A stretch of DNA of 64,000 nucleotides, taken from a virus. The notes below the pieces were generated by a model. It was not told the DNA's origin. It searched no databases and saw only the letters and a program-made list of their open reading frames with translations. Position numbers and translations under genes: made by a program. The stretch lies in the IMG/VR virus record IMGVR_UViG_3300009678_001576. One strand, 5' to 3'. Positions 25,601-32,226 of this stretch are shown here, piece by piece (positions within the stretch are counted from its first letter, which is position 1; the number at the start of each line of letters is the position of its first letter).

Positions 25601-28078
25601 AACATCCAAATCAACAAAGCCTAATTTAGTCTTAGACCCAAATACACGATGAATGGATAAGAGTCTACGATCAGCCCAATACATTAAATCGTCTTTGTTG
25701 TCCATTACGATTGGCTTATCATTATGCTTGCGCTTCAAGATATTCTCATCTTTATCAGTTCCTATATATAACATCACGGGTTCGCCTTTAATTTCTTTTA
25801 AAATCTTATCGGCGTTTTTGGCGTAATGATTTCTAATTTCTTCTCGTGTCCAATCTTTTAATAAAGGTTTCTTCCATTTTGGGTCGTCTTTTTCGCGCTC
25901 GTATTTGTTAGGCTCATCGTCAGCCTCTTGTGTTTCTGGACGGAATGCCTCTAGGATTTCCTTTGGGGCGTCCGAAGCTAGAATGTCTTCGTATATGCTA
26001 TTTAAATCTATTTCGTCTTCAGCCATATCGTCGCTCTCTTCTACAATTACACTGGCTGTAGCTTGCTGGCCTAATATATCAACATGCACAGAATTATTAT
26101 TTTCTTCAATTAAAGTGCGCATTTTTATACCAGTTTGGCGCGAAGCCTGCATTACAGCATTAGCTATTTCATTTAAATCAGCACCACTAATATCGAATGA
26201 GCGACCTGATGAGTGCGGAGTGCTTTCTGGATTATTAATCGTATATCCCATAGACCTTAATACTTTGGCCATTTGCTGTGGGTCTTGCACGCCGGGATAC
26301 ATTCCAGCTGCCCCAGAGCTTTGCCAATAGTTATGAATTACTCTAACTTGATCTTCTGGTGTTCTGATGGCAGAGGTCATCCAGGCATTTTCCGGTAAAA
26401 CATTTAACTTTTGTAGTTCATACCAAGTGCTCAAAATTTCCTTATTTAGTTTGTTTGCCGGAACCTTTATTTTTAGGCTGGTTAATTGTCCTTTAAAATC
26501 AGTGGTATCTCTTTTGCTTATAGAAGAGGGAGAAACTTGCTTCTGGCGCATAAGTTCAATTTCCTTAACATGCTCTGGCTTTAATAAAGCTCGTTTGGAA
26601 ATCAACAAAGATTGCCTCTTAGTTAAATTTAGTTTAGGGCCGCTTTGATATGCGTAGAGCATTTCAGCAAAATCTTCTGCGGATGGCATCATTATCTGCC
26701 CGCCTATTTCTACGTGATATGCCTTATTTCCTGGCTCATACTTATGAAAGCGAATAGGTAATATGTGAGAGTAATTTTTTTGTAGATGCTGTATCGCTTT
26801 AGCTATTCTGCCAAAGTTTCCAACTATATCTAAGGCTGAGCCCATAAGATGCCAAGACTCACCAACTGGAGCAATATCTAAACGTTCCGCTCCTTCAGCA
26901 CTGGTCATCTTTTGTCTCAAGCTTTCAATAAACTTAAGTTCTCTGGGAGAAAATTTAATCTCCTGTCCATGTAAGCCCTGTTTGGCTCTATACAAAAGAC
27001 TACGCAAATAGCCCTCCATTTCTTTGGACTTTGCATCATTCTTGTGAAAAAATCCTTGGTTCTTTTTATAAGTGCCGCCTGGAGTCCAGCTTAACCAATT
27101 TTCAAGAATGATTTTAATCTGGTCATAGTCATCTCTTAGCCCACTGGTCAATTTAGAGCCCGATGGCAAGAAGGGTGCAATGATTCTCCATGCCTGCTGA
27201 AGTACCGGAGTCATCTTTACGTTTTCAGAAATATTAGGAACGTTTTTATTAATATCGATATTTTGTTTAGCATACAATTCCGGATCAGATACAATTGGCT
27301 TTCCCATTTGCTCTACGGTTTGGCTCATTGGAGTAGTAGTTAATTGGTCAGCCCGTATGCTTATACCAGCTTCTTTTTTGTTCTCGTATTTTTCAACCAA
27401 CTCTGGGTCTAAATATTGATTTTTTAGAGTGGCTGGTTTGTGGCCTACTAATTCTGCCACCTCTTCCAAAGCTTCTTTCCAGTCTTTGGTTTTTAGTTGC
27501 TCTTTCATTAATCGATTAGAGTGAAAGCCACGTAGGTCTTTAGCACTAATGTTAAAAGGGTTCAAGTATCTATTAACAGCACGATCCCAAATTTTAGTAC
27601 CATCTATCTCAAATACGAAATCGTTATCCTTTTTGCCTTTTGCTAATTCTTTAAGAGTAGAAATTAATTTCTTACCAGATACTTCGGTTTCCTGATCAAC
27701 GCCGCCTTTGCCAACATATTTAATTTTGGCTTTGCTACCAGAAAAAGTAAGGTGCTTAACTTTAAGTGTGCTAGCTCCATAGGTCTTGGCATCGCGAGCG
27801 GAATCCTCGTTGCCAATGCGCATAGCAGTCTCGTCCATAATAGCTACAACAGCAGCAAGTGCCTTTGTACGTAGGTCATCAGAAGACAAGTCCTTCTCGT
27901 ACTTTTTGCGAAGCTTTTCTATACCCTTTTGTAGTTTTTTAATTTTATCTTTCTTCTCTTTCCAACGTTTTTGGATGGTCTTTTCATCATAAACCCACAC
28001 GTATCCCTTGTCGGTCTTTTTCTTTTCCTTATATAGCGGTTTGTCGGATTGTATTTTAGCGCGTTTACTAATTTCCAT
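19199..28078 (-). CDS. Multi-enzyme polyprotein (~2,960 aa) with ISKRA-delimited modules
   Basis: Single uninterrupted ORF. ATG at 28078 overlaps the upstream stop (TAATG); the ORF track uses TTG 28087. Modules were recognised by catalytic motifs (see sub-features). Confidence 0.95.
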   Translation of the reverse strand: MEISKRAKIQSDKPLYKEKKKTDKGYVWVYDEKTIQKRWKEKKDKIKKLQKGIEKLRKKYEKDLSSDDLRTKALAAVVAIMDETAMRIGNEDSARDAKTYGASTLKVKHLTFSGSKAKIKYVGKGGVDQETEVSGKKLISTLKELAKGKKDNDFVFEIDGTKIWDRAVNRYLNPFNISAKDLRGFHSNRLMKEQLKTKDWKEALEEVAELVGHKPATLKNQYLDPELVEKYENKKEAGISIRADQLTTTPMSQTVEQMGKPIVSDPELYAKQNIDINKNVPNISENVKMTPVLQQAWRIIAPFLPSGSKLTSGLRDDYDQIKIILENWLSWTPGGTYKKNQGFFHKNDAKSKEMEGYLRSLLYRAKQGLHGQEIKFSPRELKFIESLRQKMTSAEGAERLDIAPVGESWHLMGSALDIVGNFGRIAKAIQHLQKNYSHILPIRFHKYEPGNKAYHVEIGGQIMMPSAEDFAEMLYAYQSGPKLNLTKRQSLLISKRALLKPEHVKEIELMRQKQVSPSSISKRDTTDFKGQLTSLKIKVPANKLNKEILSTWYELQKLNVLPENAWMTSAIRTPEDQVRVIHNYWQSSGAAGMYPGVQDPQQMAKVLRSMGYTINNPESTPHSSGRSFDISGADLNEIANAVMQASRQTGIKMRTLIEENNNSVHVDILGQQATASVIVEESDDMAEDEIDLNSIYEDILASDAPKEILEAFRPETQEADDEPNKYEREKDDPKWKKPLLKDWTREEIRNHYAKNADKILKEIKGEPVMLYIGTDKDENILKRKHNDKPIVMDNKDDLMYWADRRLLSIHRVFGSKTKLGFVDLDVHGNFPKEKAKEYANDVAKEIKNKYGTTPIIYESGGSGYHIEFALKQEKDVDSLRNELRDMCEELNKSYEGFTTGIVKGAGVRTDTTTLKDNGNIRVPYAIHESKGGVKQPIGSEKKAFISVRAEEMLAEVEVEKPQVKLPEEQKGDIGFGKDDQMGDWFEKTPKFLERKNPGIELHDINESSAGQLANTEPDTFFYRGLHKTYPKLESDALKNMLKDNAKFYFVFKYHERPEEPFKALLQSAAEALSQQDVRAFFYYHLHHNFPELGRGAIIQLVDTNPDSFFDLGLDKDYPDYVESANNARNIKDPNKVELELDQLEQITSSMKISKRAAKKKLAAEVPDIQISDKEKQIFDILLGAIRHFGLKSTIRVAGGWVRDKVMGKNSKDIDIAVDNMSGKDFAEKALAYARMQGVPAKSVGVIEARPDQSKHLETAVVNLLDESIDFVNLRAEKYDANTRIPQMVPGTALEDAYRRDFTINALFYNINDGKVEDLTGTGVEDIKNGVIRTPIPPKEIWSQVGITDESQVINPKKTFMDDPLRILRAIRFASRYGFKLAPELMEAAKDPEVQESFRGKISRERIEAELRKMVAGPSPVWALQLIKELGLRSEVLKLPEGTKEWEMDQNNPHHQLNIWDHISETLGNLQQIVKDRNLNDADKFAVNLAAFLHDVGKLDPKIHGTKEIGGKIVSTYHGHEESSISIAEYMLKNLPGVRTEEIERIKKLIDAARRVNPERQDSSEIANMTRKQLGNFVRMIGDDWENAIDIAQADASAKKKDWLPTYNPTYYKSLKEQIKNMGLEKAHTMKPLLTGDELMKLFGRKGGKWVGVLNKELIQWQLENPTATKDDAIASAKQLYQQMDLAKSADFLISKRATEPTMEFKKEYNSQEFELPKYDESLIEYPMDSEEFGVRHIEDEELPPEMIVRPSLTDAEVLEQIKKDPTIFISYPEFAKRFPHLERMAVEEIAKRFPEVYFISNLQNNPNYQNIDEMALNNLLVSRPKLYFTMGLFDTKQFAPRLNEAMQSVAVRDPQFFLEVLLPLERFKDFRSLEETAKEALKKSRASLISKRAGVVDYPKQMHQNIMEWVKMALPGTAFADIEKRRIKPSSALRLAPVVIGDTIKEDRQHWANDFKEYTNSKIRLKKLILTAIESVNKQYRTIERDNWKQELDISTEDGNIAIVENTPDKIVLNINTLAPALTISRNENGNIDVKGDVGNYFFSSRMEYDKKTDTLTFDFIDMDWVDKQDRKLEEFIRSSQPGEFHLGEPVTKSFVINKLNDANSKDYISFVDKTSDQYAYMIQRAVASAIAFEDGAKATLVSQLAKDIPHVTSQESIIMEIDVSDTKQYTIIEPQLQLLHKNGKFKEVTIKLSRESSKQTNSAGSYNNNDGNPIITIIGSVYRLVNFLQEQSSRNKDAEDMRYLEEDFKARLSDELKEISGTIKHELVHMMQEIMRAAISQQKGKDIGMAGLPTYYNPKTLQLYKHKEQYTGPQHTLSDIEFYTNLRDEFANMKRDVISLPLSEAEISAIIRYSKEPLHISELNIKTLQKNRPEVYKYVMEQRFREFVLENRRLKILKENKPQYYEKMVRELYRELHNIIKSASISKRAKPKKHAKAGIFAVVPGDLAKGFPSLGDHDDSKPHVTVLFIGEVPKKDEELLEETVKEIVSNYEPFDVKLDENVSYFPASKHSDGCKIAKLKVISKDLHKFHDKLKEGISNAGIEIDDHFPDYKPHVTLEYMEPGKEKYDKDFPNGSWTIESVEIWNGDYRKRFRLGGKSISKRAANELAIVQDPKSQVEYIKKVIRHLDENLKTVQDPNHRKWLERKKYETMVKLRELEGQKPVYEWKDYSKEILKLQDELIKAKERLARWNNKQMSPSEIEELKAQEQEDMMPIRHILEGDVYGLEEQIREYQKSPEEVAEYEEYYRGQEDETAKYEATPPNFEGEEGRWNPDGTVHYYEQPEEPKKELLQLQQEPMKLSSWLSKRAKDKLKEYKKKREFDKTPEPEGKVESGKNKYRFVIQKHDADTAGLHFDLRLENDDGAMTSFAIPKHKLPTGNEKLFVQQTEDHPIEYNKFEGEIEEGYGKGHVDIHDTGTYELIKWEKDTIKFKLYGKKEKGAYTLHKTDGKKWMIMRMKEE
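20282..20788 (-). other. Polyprotein module: 2H phosphoesterase
   Basis: Paired HxT motifs PHVTV and PHVTL. Confidence 0.9.
20804..22399 (-). other. Polyprotein module: uncharacterised region ending in a zincin-like HExxH metallopeptidase
   Basis: TIKHELVHMMQ followed by a downstream Glu (IEFY). Confidence 0.55.
23003..24610 (-). other. Polyprotein module: class II CCA-adding-type nucleotidyltransferase with HD domain
   Basis: AGGWVRD, DIDI, DFVNLRAEKY..RIP, RRDFTINA, DDPLRILRAIRF; HHQLNIWDH and LHDVGK. Confidence 0.9.
25270..25860 (-). other. Polyprotein module: LigD-type primase-polymerase (AEP) domain
   Basis: FVDLD, ESGGSGYH, RTD, RVPY; boundaries approximate. Confidence 0.8.
26070..27349 (-). 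other. Polyprotein modules: two M15 (Hedgehog/DD-peptidase fold) zinc peptidase domains
   Basis: TSGLR..Q / SWHLMGSALD / YHVE and TSAIR..Q / PHSSGRSFD / VHVD (H, H+7 D, distal H). Confidence 0.8.
27365..28057 (-). other. Polyprotein module: type IB DNA topoisomerase catalytic domain
   Basis: R-K-R-H-Y pentad: MRIGN, GKGG, KDLR, GH, KNQY. Confidence 0.9.
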
Positions 28079-28359
28079 TATTTCCAACCATTATATCTTT
28101 TGACAAGATATTTGTGTATTTTTACTGCTTTGTTTTTCCAAAAAGCAAGAACCAAATTTTTTTGGTCTTTATTCCTTGCTTCTTCTTTGGTAAAGTTTAT
28201 ACATAGTTCTTCAGAAAATTTAATTACTTCTTCTGCCCTTTGTTTATTCTTTGATATTTCAGCTTCAACAAACGCTAATTCTAAAGCCACAAAGGCCTGC
28301 TTTATACTATATATATTATTATATTCTACCTTTTTTAATACTTTATCCAATGGTATCAT
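28078..28359 (-). CDS. Hypothetical protein (93 aa) between the portal and the polyprotein
   Basis: Starts 4 nt after the portal stop; its stop overlaps the polyprotein ATG. Confidence 0.7.
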   Translation of the reverse strand: MIPLDKVLKKVEYNNIYSIKQAFVALELAFVEAEISKNKQRAEEVIKFSEELCINFTKEEARNKDQKNLVLAFWKNKAVKIHKYLVKRYNGWK

Positions 28360-28362
28360 CTA

Positions 28363-30375
28363 TTAGCCTACCGGTGCTGCTGGAGGCGCGGCTGGAGGAG
28401 GTGCTCCGCCCGGTGCTGGTGGCGCTCCTGGTGCTGGAGGACCGCCTAATCCGCCGCCTGGGGGTCCGCCAAGACCTAATTCGCCACCTGGGGGCCCGCC
28501 AAGGCCTCCCATTTCGGGTCCGCCCATCGGAGGGCCACCAAGACCCATTCCGCCGCCTGGAGGGCCACCCAAACCACCACCCAGGCCACCGCCAAGGCCC
28601 ATATCCATTCCTGGCATTCCACTACCCGGCATTCCTGATTCTTCTGAGCCTGGCACACCTGGCAGAGGAGCTTCCGTAGGTTCTATTATATCTTCTTCTG
28701 GCTTTAGAGCACGTAAAGCACCAAGCGACATGCGCATCATTAGTTGTTGTTCTTTTTGTGCTATAGCCTTTTGAATCATTTCTTCTTTTATCTTATATCG
28801 TTCTTCTTCTATGCTCAAGCCCAAACTTCTGAATAGAGTGCTTTGAGATACTAAACCATTTTGTACCAAACCTTGTACAACATTAATATAATTATCCATA
28901 TCAAATAGAATCATTTGATTCCAATCAATCTCTGGAACAATTAATTTTTTAACACCATCTTTATATTCGTAAAATTCGTGTATTTCGCTAATAGGAGCAA
29001 ATATCTTTTTAATTAACCACTGGGATACCATATTTCTAAAGGATTCATATCTCTGTTTTAATACCTCTAAGCCAATAGATGCGCTATTGAAAGATGCGCC
29101 CTCTTGAGTTAGAACAGATTTTGGAACCATTAGACCATATAGGATATTGTCTAAAATAAAATTCATATCGCCACTAATGTCTATGATAGCACCAGAAGCG
29201 CCGACACGTTCAATTTTAACACCGGCGTGACTAATTATTTTAAAATCTTTATCGTATTGAGCTGATTCGAAAGTTTGGCGCCATTTTTCTAGGTCACCGT
29301 CGGTTGGATGGTATTCACCTTCGCCCGAACCGCCAACGCTAATAACAGTTATCGGATTTACGAGATTATCTGCTTGGGCAAATTTTGATTCACGTAGCTT
29401 ATCATATAACATCAAGTCTTTGTATATGCTAACTATAACTGATGTTCCGTGTGAATCAGATGGCGAAGATAACATTTTAAGATGACTAACATTAAAATTA
29501 TCTAATGGTATATTATTGCCTCTACGGACATTATTAATTATTTCTGGGTCTAACTGACTACGCAATTGAATATCATTGGGATTATTGCTTTGTACTAACT
29601 TTAATAACTTTGGGTCAGGCTTGAGGGTAATAATGTCAGCCCCGCCGGCCATTGCTGATCTTTGAACATAGACATAATCTGGATTCAATATATCAATGTA
29701 TTTCCACATACCTCTAGCATCATCGAGCATAGCATAAGGAAAAGCTTCACCTATTTTCCAAAATTCTAGAGCGAGTGTCTGAAGCACACCGGACAGATCC
29801 ATCTCTTCTGCCATATCTGTAAAAAATTGTTGTACCTTTTGGTCTTTGCACTTAATATTTATTTTACCAATAGGATATGTTGCATGAAGATTTATACAAT
29901 TATGCACTAGAGGATGGGTATCATAAAAGTTTCTGTTCCACGCATTCATAGTAATGCGATCGCGAGGCAATTGTAAGTTGGCTATTTGAAATAGTGGCGA
30001 ATAAACTTCAGGCGCTTGACGAACTGTATTGGCTCCACCAGAACCTAAGAAGTTAGAGGAAGATGAGCCGACTGATGCCGTCTTATTTATTTCTTGAGAA
30101 TATTTATAGGATGGACTATATACGATTTGTGGAGCAGCCAATTTACTGATATTCTTTTGACTTTCGGTTCCTCTTATTAGTTCTTGTCTAACTTCGGAGA
30201 CCCCAGCGGCAGCAGTCACTTCTTGTGCACGGCCTGCTCTATTAGCCATAAATCCGGAAGAATGAGACTCGGCACTTGCTGGCATTGCAGCTGGTCTAGC
30301 ACCATGGCGACCTGTCTTTACGGTCGCTGTTTTGTTAAAAGTTGATGGCTGCCAATCGCCTCTACGTATTCCCAT
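28363..30375 (-). CDS. Portal protein
   Basis: Directly downstream of TerL; helical core with FYDTHPLV, KIGEAF, ILNPDYV; Gly/Pro/Met-rich C-terminal tail. Confidence 0.85.
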   Translation of the reverse strand: MGIRRGDWQPSTFNKTATVKTGRHGARPAAMPASAESHSSGFMANRAGRAQEVTAAAGVSEVRQELIRGTESQKNISKLAAPQIVYSPSYKYSQEINKTASVGSSSSNFLGSGGANTVRQAPEVYSPLFQIANLQLPRDRITMNAWNRNFYDTHPLVHNCINLHATYPIGKINIKCKDQKVQQFFTDMAEEMDLSGVLQTLALEFWKIGEAFPYAMLDDARGMWKYIDILNPDYVYVQRSAMAGGADIITLKPDPKLLKLVQSNNPNDIQLRSQLDPEIINNVRRGNNIPLDNFNVSHLKMLSSPSDSHGTSVIVSIYKDLMLYDKLRESKFAQADNLVNPITVISVGGSGEGEYHPTDGDLEKWRQTFESAQYDKDFKIISHAGVKIERVGASGAIIDISGDMNFILDNILYGLMVPKSVLTQEGASFNSASIGLEVLKQRYESFRNMVSQWLIKKIFAPISEIHEFYEYKDGVKKLIVPEIDWNQMILFDMDNYINVVQGLVQNGLVSQSTLFRSLGLSIEEERYKIKEEMIQKAIAQKEQQLMMRMSLGALRALKPEEDIIEPTEAPLPGVPGSEESGMPGSGMPGMDMGLGGGLGGGLGGPPGGGMGLGGPPMGGPEMGGLGGPPGGELGLGGPPGGGLGGPPAPGAPPAPGGAPPPAAPPAAPVG

Positions 30376-30384
30376 AATAATTCC

Positions 30385-32223
30385 TTACATCCTTGGTAAA
30401 TGTGCCAATATAGGAGCATTAACAGACGCCTTCCCTTGCAAGTGTGGTTTTATATTAAACCCCTTGGTCTGATAAAACTTATATGCCAAATAAGCATACA
30501 TCAAGGCCATAAGTCCGTCATTAGGACTGTTGCCTTTTATGTATCTTGTAATTATTTGTCCTTGCACCGATCGTTCTTCTTTTTCCATAGAGCAACAATG
30601 CTCTATTAACCAGTGTATTCTTTCGAAACTTAGCCATGGAAAAAGAACTTTGCTTCTTCGCATGAGCTTAAAAATATCATCTAAAACTACATGTGGATTA
30701 CAAATTAAACGAATATCATCTTCATCGTATTTATAAGGATTAACTAAACTACCGCTGTTTAAACAGCCAAGAAGTCTAGTGCTATATTCCTTTTGCAATT
30801 CTGGAACAATATCATTTCCGTAGCCTAAGTCGGCCACTGATATTCTAATGTTAAAGCGTCTATACATTTCTGCTATAACTTCTTTCTTGTGTTCCATATC
30901 ATTGCTTTTTAGTTTAAAAGCATTTTCTATTCGTAGTGTGCCAGAGGAATCGGCAGAAATCACAACTATAGAAGAGTATGATTTTCCGGCTGTAGAGGTA
31001 GAATTATCTGCTTTTCCGCCCCAGTCGATTCCCATAAACGTTGGTTGTGCTTCGCTTTTTAGAAAGCCAGAAGCAAGACTTCTATTTGGGTCTTTACAAA
31101 ATTTGCGAATTTCTTCTTCAGACATAGGTAAGTCGGCGCCGCTATAGAATTCGCCCAAAATTTCATTCTTCCAAACACGGTCAGAGTTAGTGGCGTGGTC
31201 ACCTGGCTTTTCCTTCAATACAGTTTCTTTTGTAAAATAAGGAATTAGTAATTGATTAAAATGAAAGCCTACATACAGCGGCTCTTCGCCGTTATCTCTC
31301 TTATGCTTGGTTGGTATCCATTTGCCATTTTCTATAGCATTTACTTTTTCTTGCTGATGCTTGCAGTGTGGGCATTCAACCGTATTACCATATAACCAAA
31401 CTTTCTCCCAATCATCAGTACCCGGAGTATAAAGTTTAAAATGCTGTTTGCATGCCTCACAGCCCAAATGATAAAGCCTTTGGTCCGAGTCCTCCCACAT
31501 CTTATGAAAGTAGGATCCTCTTTGCAAAGGCGTTCCGAAATACAATTGGATCCCACTACCTCGGGGCCCATATTTAGCTGCGGTTAAAGTTCTATTACTA
31601 TTACCAATATCGTCTTGGTGCATATGCTGAACTTCATCATAAAATATACCATCAACGGTCATACCTTGAAGTCTAGAAGCATCGTTAGCATTTGAATCAA
31701 CCAATAAACGATTTTCATACTTAAATTGTTTATTGGTTAGAGTGTCATCTGGTACGTCGAGTCTGCGTTTGCCCGATTTTTCATCATAACCCAAAGACTG
31801 CTTCATTACGTAATTATCAGTTGAAGTACGCATCATTGTACTTAATTTGTCTTTGGCGAAGTTTTGTACCTGAGCTAAAGCAGGAAAGCAGTGTAGGATT
31901 CTAATCGGTGGCTTATCAGGAGAAACGCCAAATAGGCCGCTGGATGTAAAATATAATTCAAGGGCCGCCGCCATTGTGGTAGCACCGACCTGACGTCCTT
32001 TAACACAAACAACTGGCTTACCATCTGGCTCAAGTGCCTTAACAGCAACATATCGATATATATCAGCAAGAAACTTCCAACCAGTATCACTTAATTTAAG
32101 TGGTTTTCCATCAATCGTTAAATAGTTCTCAGCAAAAGATACGGGGTCTATCTTTAAAACTTCTTTTTTGAGATCGTCAAAAAGCTTATCGCTGCTTGAA
32201 AGCGTGTTGTTTCGCCCCGCCAT
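30385..32223 (-). CDS. Terminase large subunit
   Basis: KGRQVGAT (Walker A-like), IFYDEVQ (Walker B), GTP coupling motif, nuclease MGIDWG / VADLG / NDGLMA; CEAC..CPHC insert. Confidence 0.92.
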   Translation of the reverse strand: MAGRNNTLSSSDKLFDDLKKEVLKIDPVSFAENYLTIDGKPLKLSDTGWKFLADIYRYVAVKALEPDGKPVVCVKGRQVGATTMAAALELYFTSSGLFGVSPDKPPIRILHCFPALAQVQNFAKDKLSTMMRTSTDNYVMKQSLGYDEKSGKRRLDVPDDTLTNKQFKYENRLLVDSNANDASRLQGMTVDGIFYDEVQHMHQDDIGNSNRTLTAAKYGPRGSGIQLYFGTPLQRGSYFHKMWEDSDQRLYHLGCEACKQHFKLYTPGTDDWEKVWLYGNTVECPHCKHQQEKVNAIENGKWIPTKHKRDNGEEPLYVGFHFNQLLIPYFTKETVLKEKPGDHATNSDRVWKNEILGEFYSGADLPMSEEEIRKFCKDPNRSLASGFLKSEAQPTFMGIDWGGKADNSTSTAGKSYSSIVVISADSSGTLRIENAFKLKSNDMEHKKEVIAEMYRRFNIRISVADLGYGNDIVPELQKEYSTRLLGCLNSGSLVNPYKYDEDDIRLICNPHVVLDDIFKLMRRSKVLFPWLSFERIHWLIEHCCSMEKEERSVQGQIITRYIKGNSPNDGLMALMYAYLAYKFYQTKGFNIKPHLQGKASVNAPILAHLPRM

Positions 32224-32226
32224 AAA

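Noticed and set aside
19655-28072. ISKRA sites as DNA repeats, recombination sites or CRISPR-like repeats
   Set aside because: The nucleotide sequences differ between copies, including TCN versus AGY serine codons, and spacing is irregular. The conservation is at the peptide level.
28363-28640. GC-rich repetitive DNA at the portal 3' end as a foreign insertion
   Set aside because: It is fully explained by in-frame Gly/Pro/Ala codons of the portal tail.
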